Shown here: piece after piece, positions 11,891 through 24,416 of the stretch
Layout: each line of letters opens with the position of its first letter
Position numbering within the stretch: position 1 is the first letter of the stretch
Source: Torpedo marmorata
Taxonomy: Eukaryota
DNA length: 64,000 nucleotides
Assembly: GCA_977017645.1 (NCBI GenBank)
Contig: OZ360236.1
Span: 4,898,001-4,962,000 of the forward strand
Direction: 5' to 3'
Notes under the pieces: model-generated
Databases searched by the model: none
What the model saw: only the letters and a program-made list of their open reading frames with translations
Told to the model about the DNA's origin: nothing
Position numbers and translations under genes: made by a program

Positions 11891-14511
11891 TAAGCCTTGG
11901 TCAAGATAATCTTGCTGTTGGCCATCCATGGAAGCATTTTAGAAAGCTCCTGTGTATTCATCATCAACTGTTGATGGTCATCTTGAACATATAAATAGGA
12001 AAGTGGAACTGAATAACCCAAGGCTATACCGTAAAGAAAAAAAAACAATATTGAAAAACAAAGATGTAAGTTTGGTTTGTGCATAAATAAAGCAGAGTCA
12101 CAGCATTGGTGAAGAATATGATTTTTAAAGTCGGATTACAAGTCAAAATTAGACTACAGAACTGTTCAGTCCAACTTTGTGCTAACACAATTATATTTAT
12201 GATTGAATTGGAAATGAAGCTAAATTCGTATATGAATTGTTCCCGCTGTCTCAAAGCATCTGACTAATTCTGTCTGTTCCATGATTCATCATGGTTCTGT
12301 CCTTGTGTATTTTCATTTTGATTGGAGTGGCCTAACCTTGCTGCACAATGTTGTATACTATCAATAAATGACTTAATTGAATGGAGTGGGCTTGTCTAGT
12401 TGGTTTAAACAAATAAATTACTTGTATTTTTTAACGTAGAAATTTTACCTTATTTTTGAAATTTAAATATAGTGGCGGTCTCAGTGCTTCGTACCCAGTG
12501 TCTTTTCAGTACTTTTACTGCGTGCGAACAGTTGCATCTGTCCAGATCTGATATTTTACAACAGCAATATCCAGGAACAAGAACAGATCGATTATCAGTT
12601 AAATCTAAACTTGTTGATAATGAGTGAAGGGGAATGTTGGCTGAGTCAGTGTGAGCTCTGCATTACCTGAAACTTTTCAAGGAATCGTTCACATTCAAAT
12701 TAGTTGGAATAGGGCCATAGAAATAGTTTAAAATCTGATTAACAAGGAGTTATCTTTAATATGGCAACCAACTATTTATAAAAAAAAACTGAGCTGTGTA
12801 ATGCTTGTTCTAAAATGCTTCAAAACCAGTAAGTTGTCAATTGTATCTACTTAACCCAATAGCCATTTTTATTTGGAAAGGTCTCAGCAGGAGACAAACA
12901 TTGCTTGTGCTCTTTAACTGATCCATCTAAACAACTAAGCAGATTTTTTTGCCACTTCATGACTGAAATAGGATTTATTTTTATTGTGGCAGCATCCATC
13001 CAAATAATGGTAATTTTCTCAGTGTAGAGTTCAAGAGAACATCTTAAAAAGCTCCAAACAAGATTAGCATGCAGGGAAACCAAGTTATCAAGACTTCCCT
13101 TTATAAAATAATTGATTATCATAATCCACAAAAAATTGGAAATTTCCATAATGACCTATATCCGCGAGATGTATGAATGGCAGCATTTTATATTACGCAA
13201 TATATTTTGATGAAGCTTTTACATCCACTTGTGCAAAAATTTGTTTCAATTAAAATATTGAGAGAGTAAATTCAACCATAAAATTAATGCAATGGGGTTA
13301 AATTTAATTTTAGAACTGCAGTTCAGACATTTACATGGAAACACTTTTCAGTAAGTTTGGATTGATGTGGTCTTTGCGAATGTTTTTGATTTGTTTTGCT
13401 TGACTTTTTGTTCAAAACAAATCTAAAAACTATTTTGGATAATTATGTTTACTATGGCAAATAGATTTCAATCTTAAAATTTCAATGGTTATTAATAGCT
13501 GATGGCAAAAATAGATCATTGTTACTTGCGATGTGCCCTGCATTGACACAGAATAATTTTCAATTCTTCTTGAATTGAGATTTTTTCATAGAGGAACAGG
13601 AAATGCTGGATTTGGCTCCAGGCATTATAGATCATGGCCCACACCTACTTGTAATGACATGGGTTGTGGACCAAGTTTCAGCTACTTGACCTGGTTTTAA
13701 TTACTATTAACCATTTTTTTTTACATTGATTTTAAAAGTATTTTACTTGGATGCAATATCATGCAGGAAAAGTGAGCTGGATTGACATTCTGCTTTTCTG
13801 GTCCACTTGGTGTCCCAGAGTGCTTTGCAGCTTTGACATCAGAACTTAAATGCTAATGTACAAATCAGGAGTTGTGGTAGGCCACTCAGCACATTAAGAC
13901 TCTGCTATTTAATAAGATAATTGTAATTTCAACTTGTGTACACTAGAAATAACCTTTCACAGCATCCCCACTTTCATAATAGGTATACCTTTGGCGTCAG
14001 GGATGACGCCAAGGATTCCCCACAGTTCTGTGCATTCTAAAATGACCAATGAATCTTGTAGGAAATTACAGATTGTGCTTTAACTTGAGTTTAACTGGTT
14101 GGGTGAGGTAGTTTGGATGCTGCACTTCTGTTTGCGTTTGGCCTTCATGTGCTCCTGACAGAGTCACCTGCAATGCTTGTTGCCTTACTGGTTGCTTCCT
14201 TGCCAATTTGAGTGGCCAAGGATTCCCATGAATTTGTGAGAATGTGGGCAGTGTTCCATACAGTTCTGAGTAAATAACTAGTTACCATATGAAATTGATT
14301 AAAGGGTAGTCTGGATGCCACAGTCCTTCACCCTTCTAATTCCTCTTTAAATAGTGTCATGGAATCCTTTACCCATGAGGGTGAGGGTAAAATGTCCAAA
14401 AGGCAACAGCTCTGATAATGCTGTAGTTCTATGGTACTGAACTGATGTTATGATCATCTGCAAGGGAATTTAGTAGATGAGAATAAAATGGAGGCAATCT
14501 GACAAAGGTAG

Positions 14512-14651
14512 GTATTACACTACAACAATTAGCCATTGCAAAAGTGAAGAATACAGGGCATGTTCTGAACATAATATACATGTATTACACTACAACAATT
14601 AGCCATTGCAAAAGCAAAGAATACAGGGCATGATCAGAACACAATATACGT
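14512..14651. repeat. Tandem duplication, 70-bp unit x2
   Basis: gtattacactacaacaattagccattgcaaaag starts at 14512 and again at 14582. Confidence 0.9.
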
Positions 14652-14907
14652 ATATTGAACATTAGGGTTGGGGGGGCGGGGGGTGAACTGAGAGAGGATC
14701 TCCTGAAATGGATTTCTGATTTTATTTTGACACTAGATAAAGTGGTTGTGTACTTTTTACATTTTCCCAGGATAGTATTAGTTTGTGATCATAACGATCC
14801 AATTACATTGTTCTGTTAAATATAATGCCGGTTTGCCATTGAAGTGACTGGTTGTCTTAAATGCATGGAATCTTTATGCAATAACTTGCTATTTTGCATA
14901 CTTGAGA

Positions 14908-15030
14908 TAAAAACACAAAAATGCTGGAGAAACTCAGGAGGTCATTGCAGACTTTCGTCTTTCACTTCCTTTTACAGACTTTCTTTCGTCTTTACCTCCA
15001 TGCTGCAGATTTTCTTTCGTCTTTCACAGC
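14908..15030. mobile_element. Deleted Penelope-terminus derivative with a triplicated tail motif
   Basis: taaaaacacaaaaatgctggagaaactcag followed by three imperfect copies of cagactttcgtctttcac. Confidence 0.6.
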
Positions 15031-16377
15031 ATAGTTGAGATGAATGTACCACTGACCAGTCATAAACTTCACTGAAGCTAATCATGCTCTTGGTATTGCT
15101 CTTACTCGCATTGTTTTCAGTTGTGTTAGGCTTAATTATGGTTAAGCAACTGGAGCTAAACACCTGTTCATATGATGGATCTGTCCTGAGGGACTCCACA
15201 AAGCTGAATGACACTACAAAATTTCTGTTACTTTAATTTTCGAATATTGGTATATTTCAAAGTTCGCATACCCCAGCTAACTGAAGCACACAAATATAAT
15301 GCAATACATGCTTAAAATGTATTCAATACAGGCGAAGGGGTAAAATAAGGGTCACTTCTAGTTAACCAATAGTCAATTTTCATGTTCAGAACAAGTTTAT
15401 TATAATTACTTTTGTGATGGGGTGAGGGGGGGGAAATTGGTCAGTGAGACATCACGTAGAACTTCCCTATAAGAACTGAAATAGCATGGAAGCCATTGTA
15501 CCACCCGTGCAAGATAATTTGTAGAATTAGAGTTTTGCACCTAAATTAAGTAATGCTCAGTCGAGCATAGAGTACTCGTAGAAGGGGAAATAAAGTGAAA
15601 CATCTAAGAAGCTGCCTCACCTGAATTTTCCATCATTTTGTTTTAAATTTTGGGTAAAAGTACAATTAACAGCTACGGTAATAATCAAATTAGTACATGT
15701 TACTGTAATATTCTAAAAAATTATGAGTTGTGTTGCATTCCTCTACTTTGGTCAAAGAGATAACTTGAGCATGTTGACAAGTTGAATTCAGAATTCAAGA
15801 TCGAATTCATAAGTAGATCGTGGAGTGTGATTTTTTTTTTAATATAACATTGAGTACAAGCATTGAACATATACTCAATGAAAAATATATCCAGAAAAAT
15901 CAGCTGCTTTATTTTAATTGTTTAGTAATTACAACTTACTAATAATTAGCTGCTTTTAATATATGTTCTTTGTCATGTTAGATTATGATTTCTGGTCCCT
16001 TCAGATAATTTACCTCCACTCTTTGCAAGATGTGTTATCTTTTTCTAGAATGTAGAACATTAGAAGACCATCTTTGCCTGATTGTAATAATGTGTAGAGT
16101 GAACTACTAAAGACCACATGGTAACTCAATGAGCTAAAATGTACTTTAGCTCAATATAGCGTGCTAGTATGGCTGAATTCATTAGGCCACATCAATGAGC
16201 TACCGAACTGAATTGGCAAATCCACAGTACTTGTTTCCCAAACTCCAAGAAAATGCACATTTTGAGAACCTTTTGTTTTCTTTTCACATTAAAATACATT
16301 TTGATGAAGATGCTTTAGCGTTAAGAAAACTGCACTGCACAAGACTTTTCACTCTGGGTAAATATTTTCTCTAATAG

Positions 16378-16861
16378 TTCACCGAGAGGATGCAGCTAAC
16401 ACCAAGAGAGCTGATTCTGCATCTGTGGACGAACAATCTAATGCAAGTATGCAAACTACATCGACAAAGCCATCAGTTGCAGTGGCAAAACAGCCAGTCA
16501 ATACAGCGGAACATCGTGTAGTAGCGAAAAGACCTGCAGCTCAACAACATGCTGCTCCTAAACACAAGATGTTGTCCAAACAGAAAACTTTATCTAAGCT
16601 GCAAGCTTCAACTAAGTTTCTAATTTCATCTAAGCCGCAGGCTTCAGCTAAAGGCAGCACTGGGTTTGCCGAATACCGAATACCATCAAAGCATTCTGCT
16701 CCTGCAGTCAAACAGCCTGTGCATCCAAGTGATCTGCCTCTAGCAAAAAAACCAGAGGACAAGCAGCCATCAGTCCCTGCTGTAAAAAATACCAATCAGT
16801 TATCCAACTCTCAGATCCGCCACAACATCCGCCGCTCACTAAAGGAGATCCTATGTAAAAG
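16378..16861 (+). CDS. DIDO1: DIDO1 exon: low-complexity linker and start of TFIIS-M (SQIRHNIRRSLKEILCKR)
   Basis: Acceptor ttttctctaatag| at 16377, donor AG|gtgaga at 16862. Open in the frame of ORF 16425; phase 1 to 2. Confidence 0.9.
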
Positions 16862-17049
16862 GTGAGACAGTTAAAGCATGATTGTGATGTTAATAGGAAA
16901 GGACCAAATTTGAAATGTAGAATTTTTGTGCATTTATTTTGTGCTATCTTTGCATTCATCATGATTTACTAGTTTGTACTTCCACATTAATTTTGAATGA
17001 GTTTCAGCTTTGAGGATCAATATTTTTTTTAAAATATTTTGAGTTCTCA

Positions 17050-17286
17050 GTAAAAACAGAAATGCTGGAACTCAGCAGGTCTCGCAGCGTCCATAGGAGA
17101 TAAAGATATATAACCAACGTTTCGGGCCTGAGCCGTGCTTTTTACTTGTACCTTGCTGAAGGGCTCAGGCCGGAACGTTGGTTATATATCTTTGCCTCCC
17201 ATGGATGCTGCGAGACCTGCTGAGTTCCTACAGCATTTCCGTGTTTTTACTACAATCACAGCACCTGCAGACTTCATGTTTCACTC
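17050..17286. mobile_element. Penelope-derived fold-back element
   Basis: Inverted arms of roughly 80-90 bp (17050-17134 and about 17161-17250) plus the tail gcagacttcatgtttcac. Confidence 0.85.
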
Positions 17287-17759
17287 CTGTTTGGTTTTAA
17301 AACAACCATTTAAATGATTACATATGGGTGGTAAATTTAAATGACCAATTTCTGCCTGATTAGACTTGACAGGGCAATTGGCTTACTCCGTTTTCCTGTG
17401 CTTTTGTTAGTATAAGCTTTAGTAAGATTATGAAAACCTAGTCATGCAAGAAATTGGTGTGTTTACAATGGTATGCCTTTAATGGTTTGGTGTTCTCTGT
17501 TCTGAGAAAATAGGAGCAACCCTGTACTTGAGTGGTTTTGTCTTCTTGGCACTGAATAAAAAGGATTGATTTGGATACAAAATTGACAAGAAAAAGCCAA
17601 CATAATTCAGAATATACATTGTCAAGATTTTGCCATGTGTAGATATTGTAAACATGAAAATTTGCAGATGTGGCTCTTTCCTGATGTTATTATGATAATT
17701 AGTTATCTTCAAGACTCCAGATTAAGATAAACATACCAAGGAGAGAGGGAAAGGATGAA

Positions 17760-18370
17760 GTACAGAACAATGTCACACAGGAGGAGGGTATTCAGTCCAT
17801 CCTGCTAATACCAACCAACCAAGAGCTATCCAATTGATTTACATCTGTTCTTAAACCTCACAACTGTGCAAGGTTTTCACTTGAGCTAAAGGATTGGTAT
17901 TTTTATTGAATTTTACTTCCACCAATAATCTGGGTCATGCATTCCAAATTATATCAATTTATTGTTTTTTTCCCTCCTTTTAGTTCTTTGGCCCATCACA
18001 TTAAATCTGTATCCTCTGGGTTTTAATCTTTGTTAATTTCATCAAAATCTTCCCTTAACTTTCTCTGCTGCAAGGAAACAGCCCTAGTTTCTCTCAACTA
18101 TCCACATGAATGAAATCCCCCATCCTGATGCCATTTTGTTAAATTTCCTCTCCAAGATCTTTATTTCCTTTCTGGAGTAAATTGAGCACAATGCTCTCAA
18201 CTGGAGTCCAGCCAGTGTTTTTATAGTAACAGAATTCCCACTTGCGCTGTGTCTCCATATGCAGAGCCAAACTCTTTATGCAATTTTAACGGTCATCTTA
18301 GCTTGACCTGACACCAACATTTTGTTTTTGCCATTTCTCCTGTACTCTTGTTAAAATGCTTTTCTTTCTA
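17760..18370 (-). mobile_element. Decayed CR1-like LINE fragment
   Basis: Antisense CR1 motifs (catgcattccaaatt; ttaaatctgtatcctctgg). Confidence 0.55.
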
Positions 18371-18859
18371 CCAAAATAAATCACTTTTTAATTTAATTTT
18401 AATTTTTGAGATACAGCATGGTAATAGGCACTTCTGACCACTTGTAAATGATCTAAATTTAATCTGATGTGTACTGCTGCTTCAGTCATCATAAATAATA
18501 CTATATTTTAATCCCAATTTATTTAATTAGCCGAATTTAAATTTTCCAGAGGTTGGGCTTTAAACACCGATATCTAGATCCCTAATTTTTGGCTCTTGAT
18601 TACTTGACAAACAATTTGACAAAGAGTAGTGTTTGTACCTGTGGCTAGCATGCAGCCAGGGAGTTGTGTTTTAGTTGCTGTCCCTGAGTTGCTTGTGTTT
18701 CAGTTATAGTTTACTTATATTTTGACTGTGCCCAGTAGATCAATCTTATTCGCTACCAAGCTCTGCATGTGCCATGCATAATCCTTTCTTTTGACATGCA
18801 GGACACTTTGTCCTGGTTACCAAGGCAATGACTGTATCTATTTATGCCTGTATAACCAG

Positions 18860-19019
18860 GGTGAATGATTGTGATGATCTTGATGTAACTGAAGACACAA
18901 TAGGAAAGATAGCAGTGAACGTTGAAAAGGAGCTTTTCAGCCTGTTCCAAGATACTCAGAGCAAGTACAAGAGCAGATACCGGAGTATCATGTTCAATTT
19001 GAAGAACCCCAGGAATCAG
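18860..19019 (+). CDS. DIDO1: DIDO1 exon, TFIIS-M domain (VNDCDDL...KYKSRYRSIMFNLKNPRNQ)
   Basis: Acceptor accag|G, donor CAG|gtatcctttg. Contains the TFIIS-M YKxxxRSxxFNLK motif; phase 2 to 0. Confidence 0.95.
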
Positions 19020-19165
19020 GTATCCTTTGTGCTTCTGTGTGGCAAAGTTGACGCTTGTTTTATACGTTCGACACCAATGTATTGTTGTACTTATCAGCTC
19101 CATTCATTGTTTTTCCTTGGTTTCACTCAAATTGTGACATAAAGTAGAAATGTGTTGTTTTGTAG
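19020..19165 (+). other. 146-nt intron with a U12-type (minor spliceosome) 5' splice site
   Basis: Begins GTATCCTTTG, matching the U12 consensus RTATCCTTT, and ends tgtag. Only a degenerate branch-like TTTTCCTTGG at 19111-19120. Confidence 0.75.
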
Positions 19166-19282
19166 GGGCTTTTTCGGCGGGTTGTGCGAGAAGAGATTGT
19201 TCCCTTCCATTTGGTACGTATGAGTCCCGAAGAAATAGAATCAAAGGAACTGGCAGTTTGGGGAGAAAGAGAGAGCAGATCT
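19166..19282 (+). CDS. DIDO1: DIDO1 exon, end of TFIIS-M (GLFRRVVREEIVPFHLVRMSPEEIESKELAVWGERESRS)
   Basis: Acceptor ttttgtag|GGG, donor TCT|gtgagt. 117 nt, phase 0 to 0; translated by hand because this frame is not in the ORF track. Confidence 0.95.
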
Positions 19283-19639
19283 GTGAGTATTTAAGCAATC
19301 CTGGTCTGGGATCGATTTTATGTTTTTTTTACACTGAGTAGCTAAAGTGCTTGGTAAGTATAGTGTATGGTTGTCAATATTATTTTGGTGAATTATTTGC
19401 TCTGGGTGTAATTTCATTTATGATTCAAGTATGATCTTGTTTTATAATGGAGCTGACGAGCGATAATGAGTCCCACTATGCACAAGGATTTAGAAACAAT
19501 ATGGGAAGCAAGCATACTGTTTTAGAACCATTCACACCTCCCTCCCTTGCTGAATATTTAAGTGCCGTATGTAGAGACTAATCTGTAAATGTATTTTCAA
19601 TGCTGTGCAGCCCCATGCTACAGGAGAAAGCTTTTCATA

Positions 19640-20379
19640 CCGTATATGCCATTGTATAGGACGATGCTCAAAACTTCAAATTTTCACCTTAAAATCAGAG
19701 TCATCCTATACAAAGAGTCTAAAATTCTTACCTTGACGACGAAGTCTCAACACCGCCGCCATCTTCCTGCCGGCTCTCACACAATCTCGCGCAAGCCCCG
19801 ATAGTTATTTGCGAAGTCTCAGCGCTCCTCTGCGGGGTCCATCTACCCAGTCTGACTGCTGTTGGCTCTGTACAGGGTTTAAACAGCCTGTTACAGGAGC
19901 CGACAGTGGTTTATTTTAAAATATCCAAATAAAATTTAAACCTTTAAATAATAATTTGTTATTAAAATATTGTGATTTGCTTTTAACAGCATCCACTGGT
20001 CAGCGGTAAGTGCCAGATTTTGGGGGGGGTGGGGGGTCATCTTATTCAAAGGGTATCGCTCAAACCAACATAAATTAAAATTTTTAGACATACAGCACGG
20101 TAACAGGCCATTTCGGCCCGCGAGTCCGTACCGCCCAATTTACACCCCATTAACCTACGCCCCCCCGGTACGTTTTGAATGGTGGGAGGAAACCGGAGCC
20201 CCCGGAGAAAACCCATGCAGACACGGGGAGAACGTACAAACTCCTTACAGACAGCGCGGGATTCGAACCCCGGTCCGGTCCCGATTGCTGGCGCTGTAAA
20301 GGCGTTGCGCTAACCGCTATGCCAACCGTGCCGCCCAAGGTGGAAATTCCGGGGTCGTTCTATACACGCGCATATATGG
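19640..20379. mobile_element. Non-autonomous Tc2/pogo-like DNA element with a nested SINE
   Basis: TA|CCGTATATG...gtataggacga at the left and tcgttctatac...CATATATGG|TA at the right: imperfect TIRs with TA duplication. Confidence 0.7.
20072..20336 (-). mobile_element. tRNA-derived V-SINE/HE1-like SINE, full length
   Basis: Minus strand has A box tggcatagcgg, B box ggttcgaatccc, V-domain ggagtttgtacgttctccccgtgtctgc and a CR1-like tail gggccgaaatggcctgttaccgtgctgta. Confidence 0.88.
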
Positions 20380-20476
20380 TAATTCTATATTTTAAGAGTG
20401 CAAGGTATCAGCAGGGAGTCCTGCTAATTCAATTCAATTTTTTTAAAATGACACACAAAGTGTGTATTTATTATAA

Positions 20477-20690
20477 GTAAAACATGAAAGTCTGCAGACA
20501 CAGTGGTTGAAGTAAAAACACAATGCTGGAGAAACTCAGCAGATCAAATAATGTACTTTATATTGCAAAGATAAAGATACACAACCAATGTATCAAGATA
20601 TGATGAAGGGCTCAAGCCCGAAACGTTGGTTATGTATCTTTGCTATATAAAGTACACTGTTTGACCTGCTGAGTTTCTCCAACATTTTTT
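20477..20690. mobile_element. Penelope-derived fold-back element
   Basis: Arms match the 55400-55536 terminus; tgatgaagggctcaagcccgaaac at 20601-20624. Confidence 0.85.
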
Positions 20691-21155
20691 TTAATTGTGT
20701 ATTTGTTTTTTCTATTTGTGTCCTACATCTAGATATAAAAAAAGTTCCTTCAATTTTACCTAAAAATTTTAATATGCAAATTACTCTTGACTTTCATACC
20801 AGTTAACATTTAATTCCAGGCACAGCATTTGATAACTGTTTCCCTTGGAAAAATTAAACCTAGGTTATTTAGATGCAAAATTAAAAAAGCCTTTGGGAAA
20901 AGGGAATTCTGTCACTCCCTATCCCAGAAAATGGACTTGGATCAACAGAAGACTTCTTATTAGATAACGGTATTGCTGGTTGCGGATCAATTGGTGGCAC
21001 ATAGTAGTTATGATCTGATTGGAAATCAGGGGACTGAAAAGAATATTCCTGTTTCTTTCTTCCAAACATTAGAATGCTTTTAAGATATTTGAGATTAATA
21101 TAGATTATTAGATACAATTGAGCAAAATTCAACTTCATTCTTTCATTCTATGGTA

Positions 21156-21834
21156 CAGTAAAACCCCTGGTATCCAACACCTTTGGGGATTGGTAGATGC
21201 CGGATAAGTGTATTTTCCACTTGCTTGTGACTTACTCTTACAATGCCTAACTAATACACTTGCATTAAGAATAAACAGTTTAAAAGACACAAATACTATA
21301 CCGTACTTACACTGAACAAACTTTACGTGCATGAATATATAAACCTTAAAGCATTTTACTTTATTTTCAGTCACATTCTTTGAAAACATTTAACCGTCAT
21401 TGCATCTGCAGGTTCCTCCACGGAGCCGCCTGAAATAACATTATAGATAAATAACCCCCCACTCCCCCAAGTTTACAGATAAAGCCTCTGACCGGGACGA
21501 CTCTTACTAAGCAGGGAGAAGGAGACACTTTAAGTGAGTCACCCAACGGCGAGTGGCATCAACCAGCTCTTCATCCTGGGCGACGCCATTGCTGTTTCAC
21601 ACAACTTTATTCAAGCAGCTGCTATGAGCAAGGCACTCCGCTGGCTGAATATTTGCTCCCATCTTCACCAAAGGTTTATGTGTTACTTCAGAGAACATTT
21701 ACTTTGACAATTTTAAACTTAAGTATTTGTTACCTATTTTCTTATTAATTTTAATAATTTTTATTTATTTTCCTTTTTTTTGCCATTTGTTTGAGGCTGC
21801 CGGTTGCTTGAATTCCGGATAACGGGTTTTACTG
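21156..21834. mobile_element. Tigger/pogo-like non-autonomous DNA transposon
   Basis: TA|CAGTAAAACCC...tatcc and ggata...GGGTTTTACTG|TA terminal inverted repeats. Confidence 0.85.
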
Positions 21835-22958
21835 TATTAGAATTAGTGTTAATATTCTTGCTGTAAGCATTAGCTCTGGTTACAACTTTCCAGTCTTGCT
21901 TAGACATGTAAATTGAGCTAACCACGTAATGGTTCTGTTCATGTATAATAAAGGCTATTGGACCACTGTCTGTTCGCAATGAACAGATTTTTAGAAATGA
22001 TCATTCCAGATGAAATAAGGATTGAGAGATGTATGGGATGTTCAAAGACAGGCAGTAGTGATTAAACAAAAAAAAACGAGGTCAGATTTTATTTAAATTT
22101 TGATGTAGGGACAAGCTGTTGTGTATCCTAAATTATTTTTGATGTTTGATAAGGAAGTTTGGTATAAAAATTCAATATGCGAGTTATTGAATCGACAGTG
22201 ACAGGAGAGAAAGTTCTTGAACTGTTAGCAAACAGATGCTTAGGAATATTACTTTGACAAGAATTCTGCTGATCAAAGTTATGCTGCTTTAATGGTTAGG
22301 TGATAGAAGTTATAAGTCTTGTTGAAGGAGGTGTGACTAGTAATGAGCTATTGCAAGACTTGCTGCAATTGCCTTGATTGCAATAATCTGTGCTTTCCAC
22401 CTGTCTATGGAATATGCTAGTGGTTTTGGTCTTTTTTGCATGAGGATTTGAGTACAAAAATAAATTTGTGAAATATAAAACGTCCTGTATAAATTTTGAC
22501 CACTTTGCCTACAAAAAAGAGGAGCAGGAGTAGGCTACTTGGCCTCTCAAGCCTGCCCTGCCATTCAAAATAATCATGGTTGATCTATGCTCCTATTTCC
22601 CAGACCTCTTCTGTGCCAGTTCCCCATCTTTCAAATATTTATCTATTTCCACCTTGAATACTGTATGTCTAGTGTTCTGACCTACATCAACCTCTGGGGA
22701 GAGAATTCCAGAGATTCACTACCCTTTGAGAAAAGACATTTCAACGCACCTCAGCCCCTTATTTGCGACGTTTTCAAGATTTGTGCACGAATATCTTGTA
22801 CAGGTTCCCATGCGTCTTTAGATTTGTAATCTCTAGTTGATATTGCCACTGGTCACGTTTTATGGGTTAAATTTTCCAAATGGTGTTAATCCTGGCGTTG
22901 AACCAATAGTGCGTTCAGTGTTATGACAGCCTTAACATATTTTGATGTTGTTTGACAG

Positions 22959-23069
22959 GCACAGGAGCAAAGTGAGAGATTGCAACGTGAAACCAAAGGA
23001 ACAGCCTCCCGGACAGCAAACACACATGAAGTGGATATGGAGGAGGCACCACCCATGTCAGATGCTGAT
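22959..23069 (+). CDS. DIDO1: DIDO1 exon (AQEQSERLQRE...DMEEAPPMSDAD)
   Basis: Acceptor ttgacag|GCA, donor GAT|gtatgt. 111 nt, phase 0 to 0; resembles the DIDO1 D-x-E-x-x-PP-x-SD segment. Confidence 0.85.
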
Positions 23070-23495
23070 GTATGTATAAAATTTGAAATGAACACTAAAA
23101 GGTTGTCTCTGCATATACTGAAGCATACAGCTTTCCTTTGCAGAAAACTTTTTCATACATTATCCCTAATTAAAGGCATGGTGTGCAAGGTGAGGTAGCT
23201 CTTCTGGTATTTACCTATTTGGTCTACCCTTTGAAGCTTCCTTCCAAAGTAATATTTTGCTGCAACTGTCATTGACTTTCTGCCAATGACATAATCTCAA
23301 CGAGTCTTTCATTTTCTATTCCCATGTTGCCCACATGCTCTATTTTTATCAGTGATACAATCATCAATTCACTCTTCCCCTGCATTTGGTATTTAAGGAA
23401 TGTTCTGCCTTTGAAGAAAAGCCTTAAAAATCTTATCCTTGTATTTAGGCAACTATAAAAGTTCTTTCTTCAATGTGATATTTGAGCCTCTAGTG

Positions 23496-23868
23496 CAGTG
23501 GTTTTCAAACTGCCCCCCTAAACTCACATTGCACTTTAAGCAATCCCTATGCCATAAGTGCTCTGTGATTAGTTAGGGATTGCTTAAGGTATGTGAGTGG
23601 GGAAAAAAAAGTTTGAAAACCACTGTTTTAATCATACCTAATTGACTCGTTATGTGCACGGTTTCATAATTCCAAAGGAAATGGGCCAATGACAATTTTT
23701 CTCAAGCAAAATATTTCAGTAACAATTGGGTCTAGAGCAGTGGTTCTCAACCTTCCCTTCCCACTCACATACCACCTTAAGCAATCCCTTACCAATCACA
23801 GAGCACTTATGGCATAGGGATTGCTTAAGGTGGAATGTGAGTTTAGGGGGGCAGTTTGAAAACTACTG
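23496..23868. mobile_element. Composite hAT (Charlie-like) MITE: two inverted units around a 112-bp spacer
   Basis: Units 23496-23625 and 23738-23868 each have CAGTGGTT(T/C)TCAA TIRs; outer 8-bp duplication CTCTAGTG at 23488-23495 and 23869-23876. Confidence 0.9.
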
Positions 23869-24069
23869 CTCTAGTGTAATGGAGCAGTGTTGTGCCCGAG
23901 TCTCACTTTAAAGTTAAAGGTTGTGCTCAAACTTGCGTTTGGCATGGTCTCAAAACCCACTCCAGTGCTTTATCAAATGCTGATGCTTTTCTCTCCTGAC
24001 TTGGATATGGCAACGCTGAGAGGAGAAAAACTTATTTGCAAAGTACATCAAATAGGTATCAGGACCTTC

Positions 24070-24416
24070 TCCGGTTTCTGTTAGCGCCCCCACCAACCCC
24101 CCCCCCCGCCAACTTTTCCTATGTCTCCTTTCCCCCAGCACTGTTTCCACAGAGCCCGAAACAACCCCCCACCTCCCCCAGTCAATTACCTCTCTCCTGT
24201 GTCCCATCCATGTCCAATTAACACCTTATGTCTGTTGGTCTGTACTCCTCCCCCTGCCCATTCTTCCCCTCTCCCCAACCTTTTAATTCAGGCACCTGCC
24301 TGCTTTTTACTCATACCTTGAAGAAGGGCTGAGGCCCGAAACGTCGGTTATATGTCTTTAACTCCTATGGATGCTCCGAGACCTGCAGAATTCCTCCAGC
24401 ATTTGTGTTTTTACCA
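24070..24416 (+). mobile_element. Penelope-like 3' terminal fragment (second subfamily)
   Basis: C-rich tract, then ccttgaagaagggctgaggcccgaaacgtcggtt and a terminus shared with 17150-17250. Confidence 0.8.

Noticed and set aside
13991-14012. Short hairpin ttggcgtcagggatgacgccaa
   Set aside because: Only a 9-bp stem in what looks like old repeat sequence; no other support.
20260-20336. tRNA gene on the minus strand (also about 47170-47241)
   Set aside because: A and B boxes are present but it runs into the V-SINE body and I see no complete cloverleaf.
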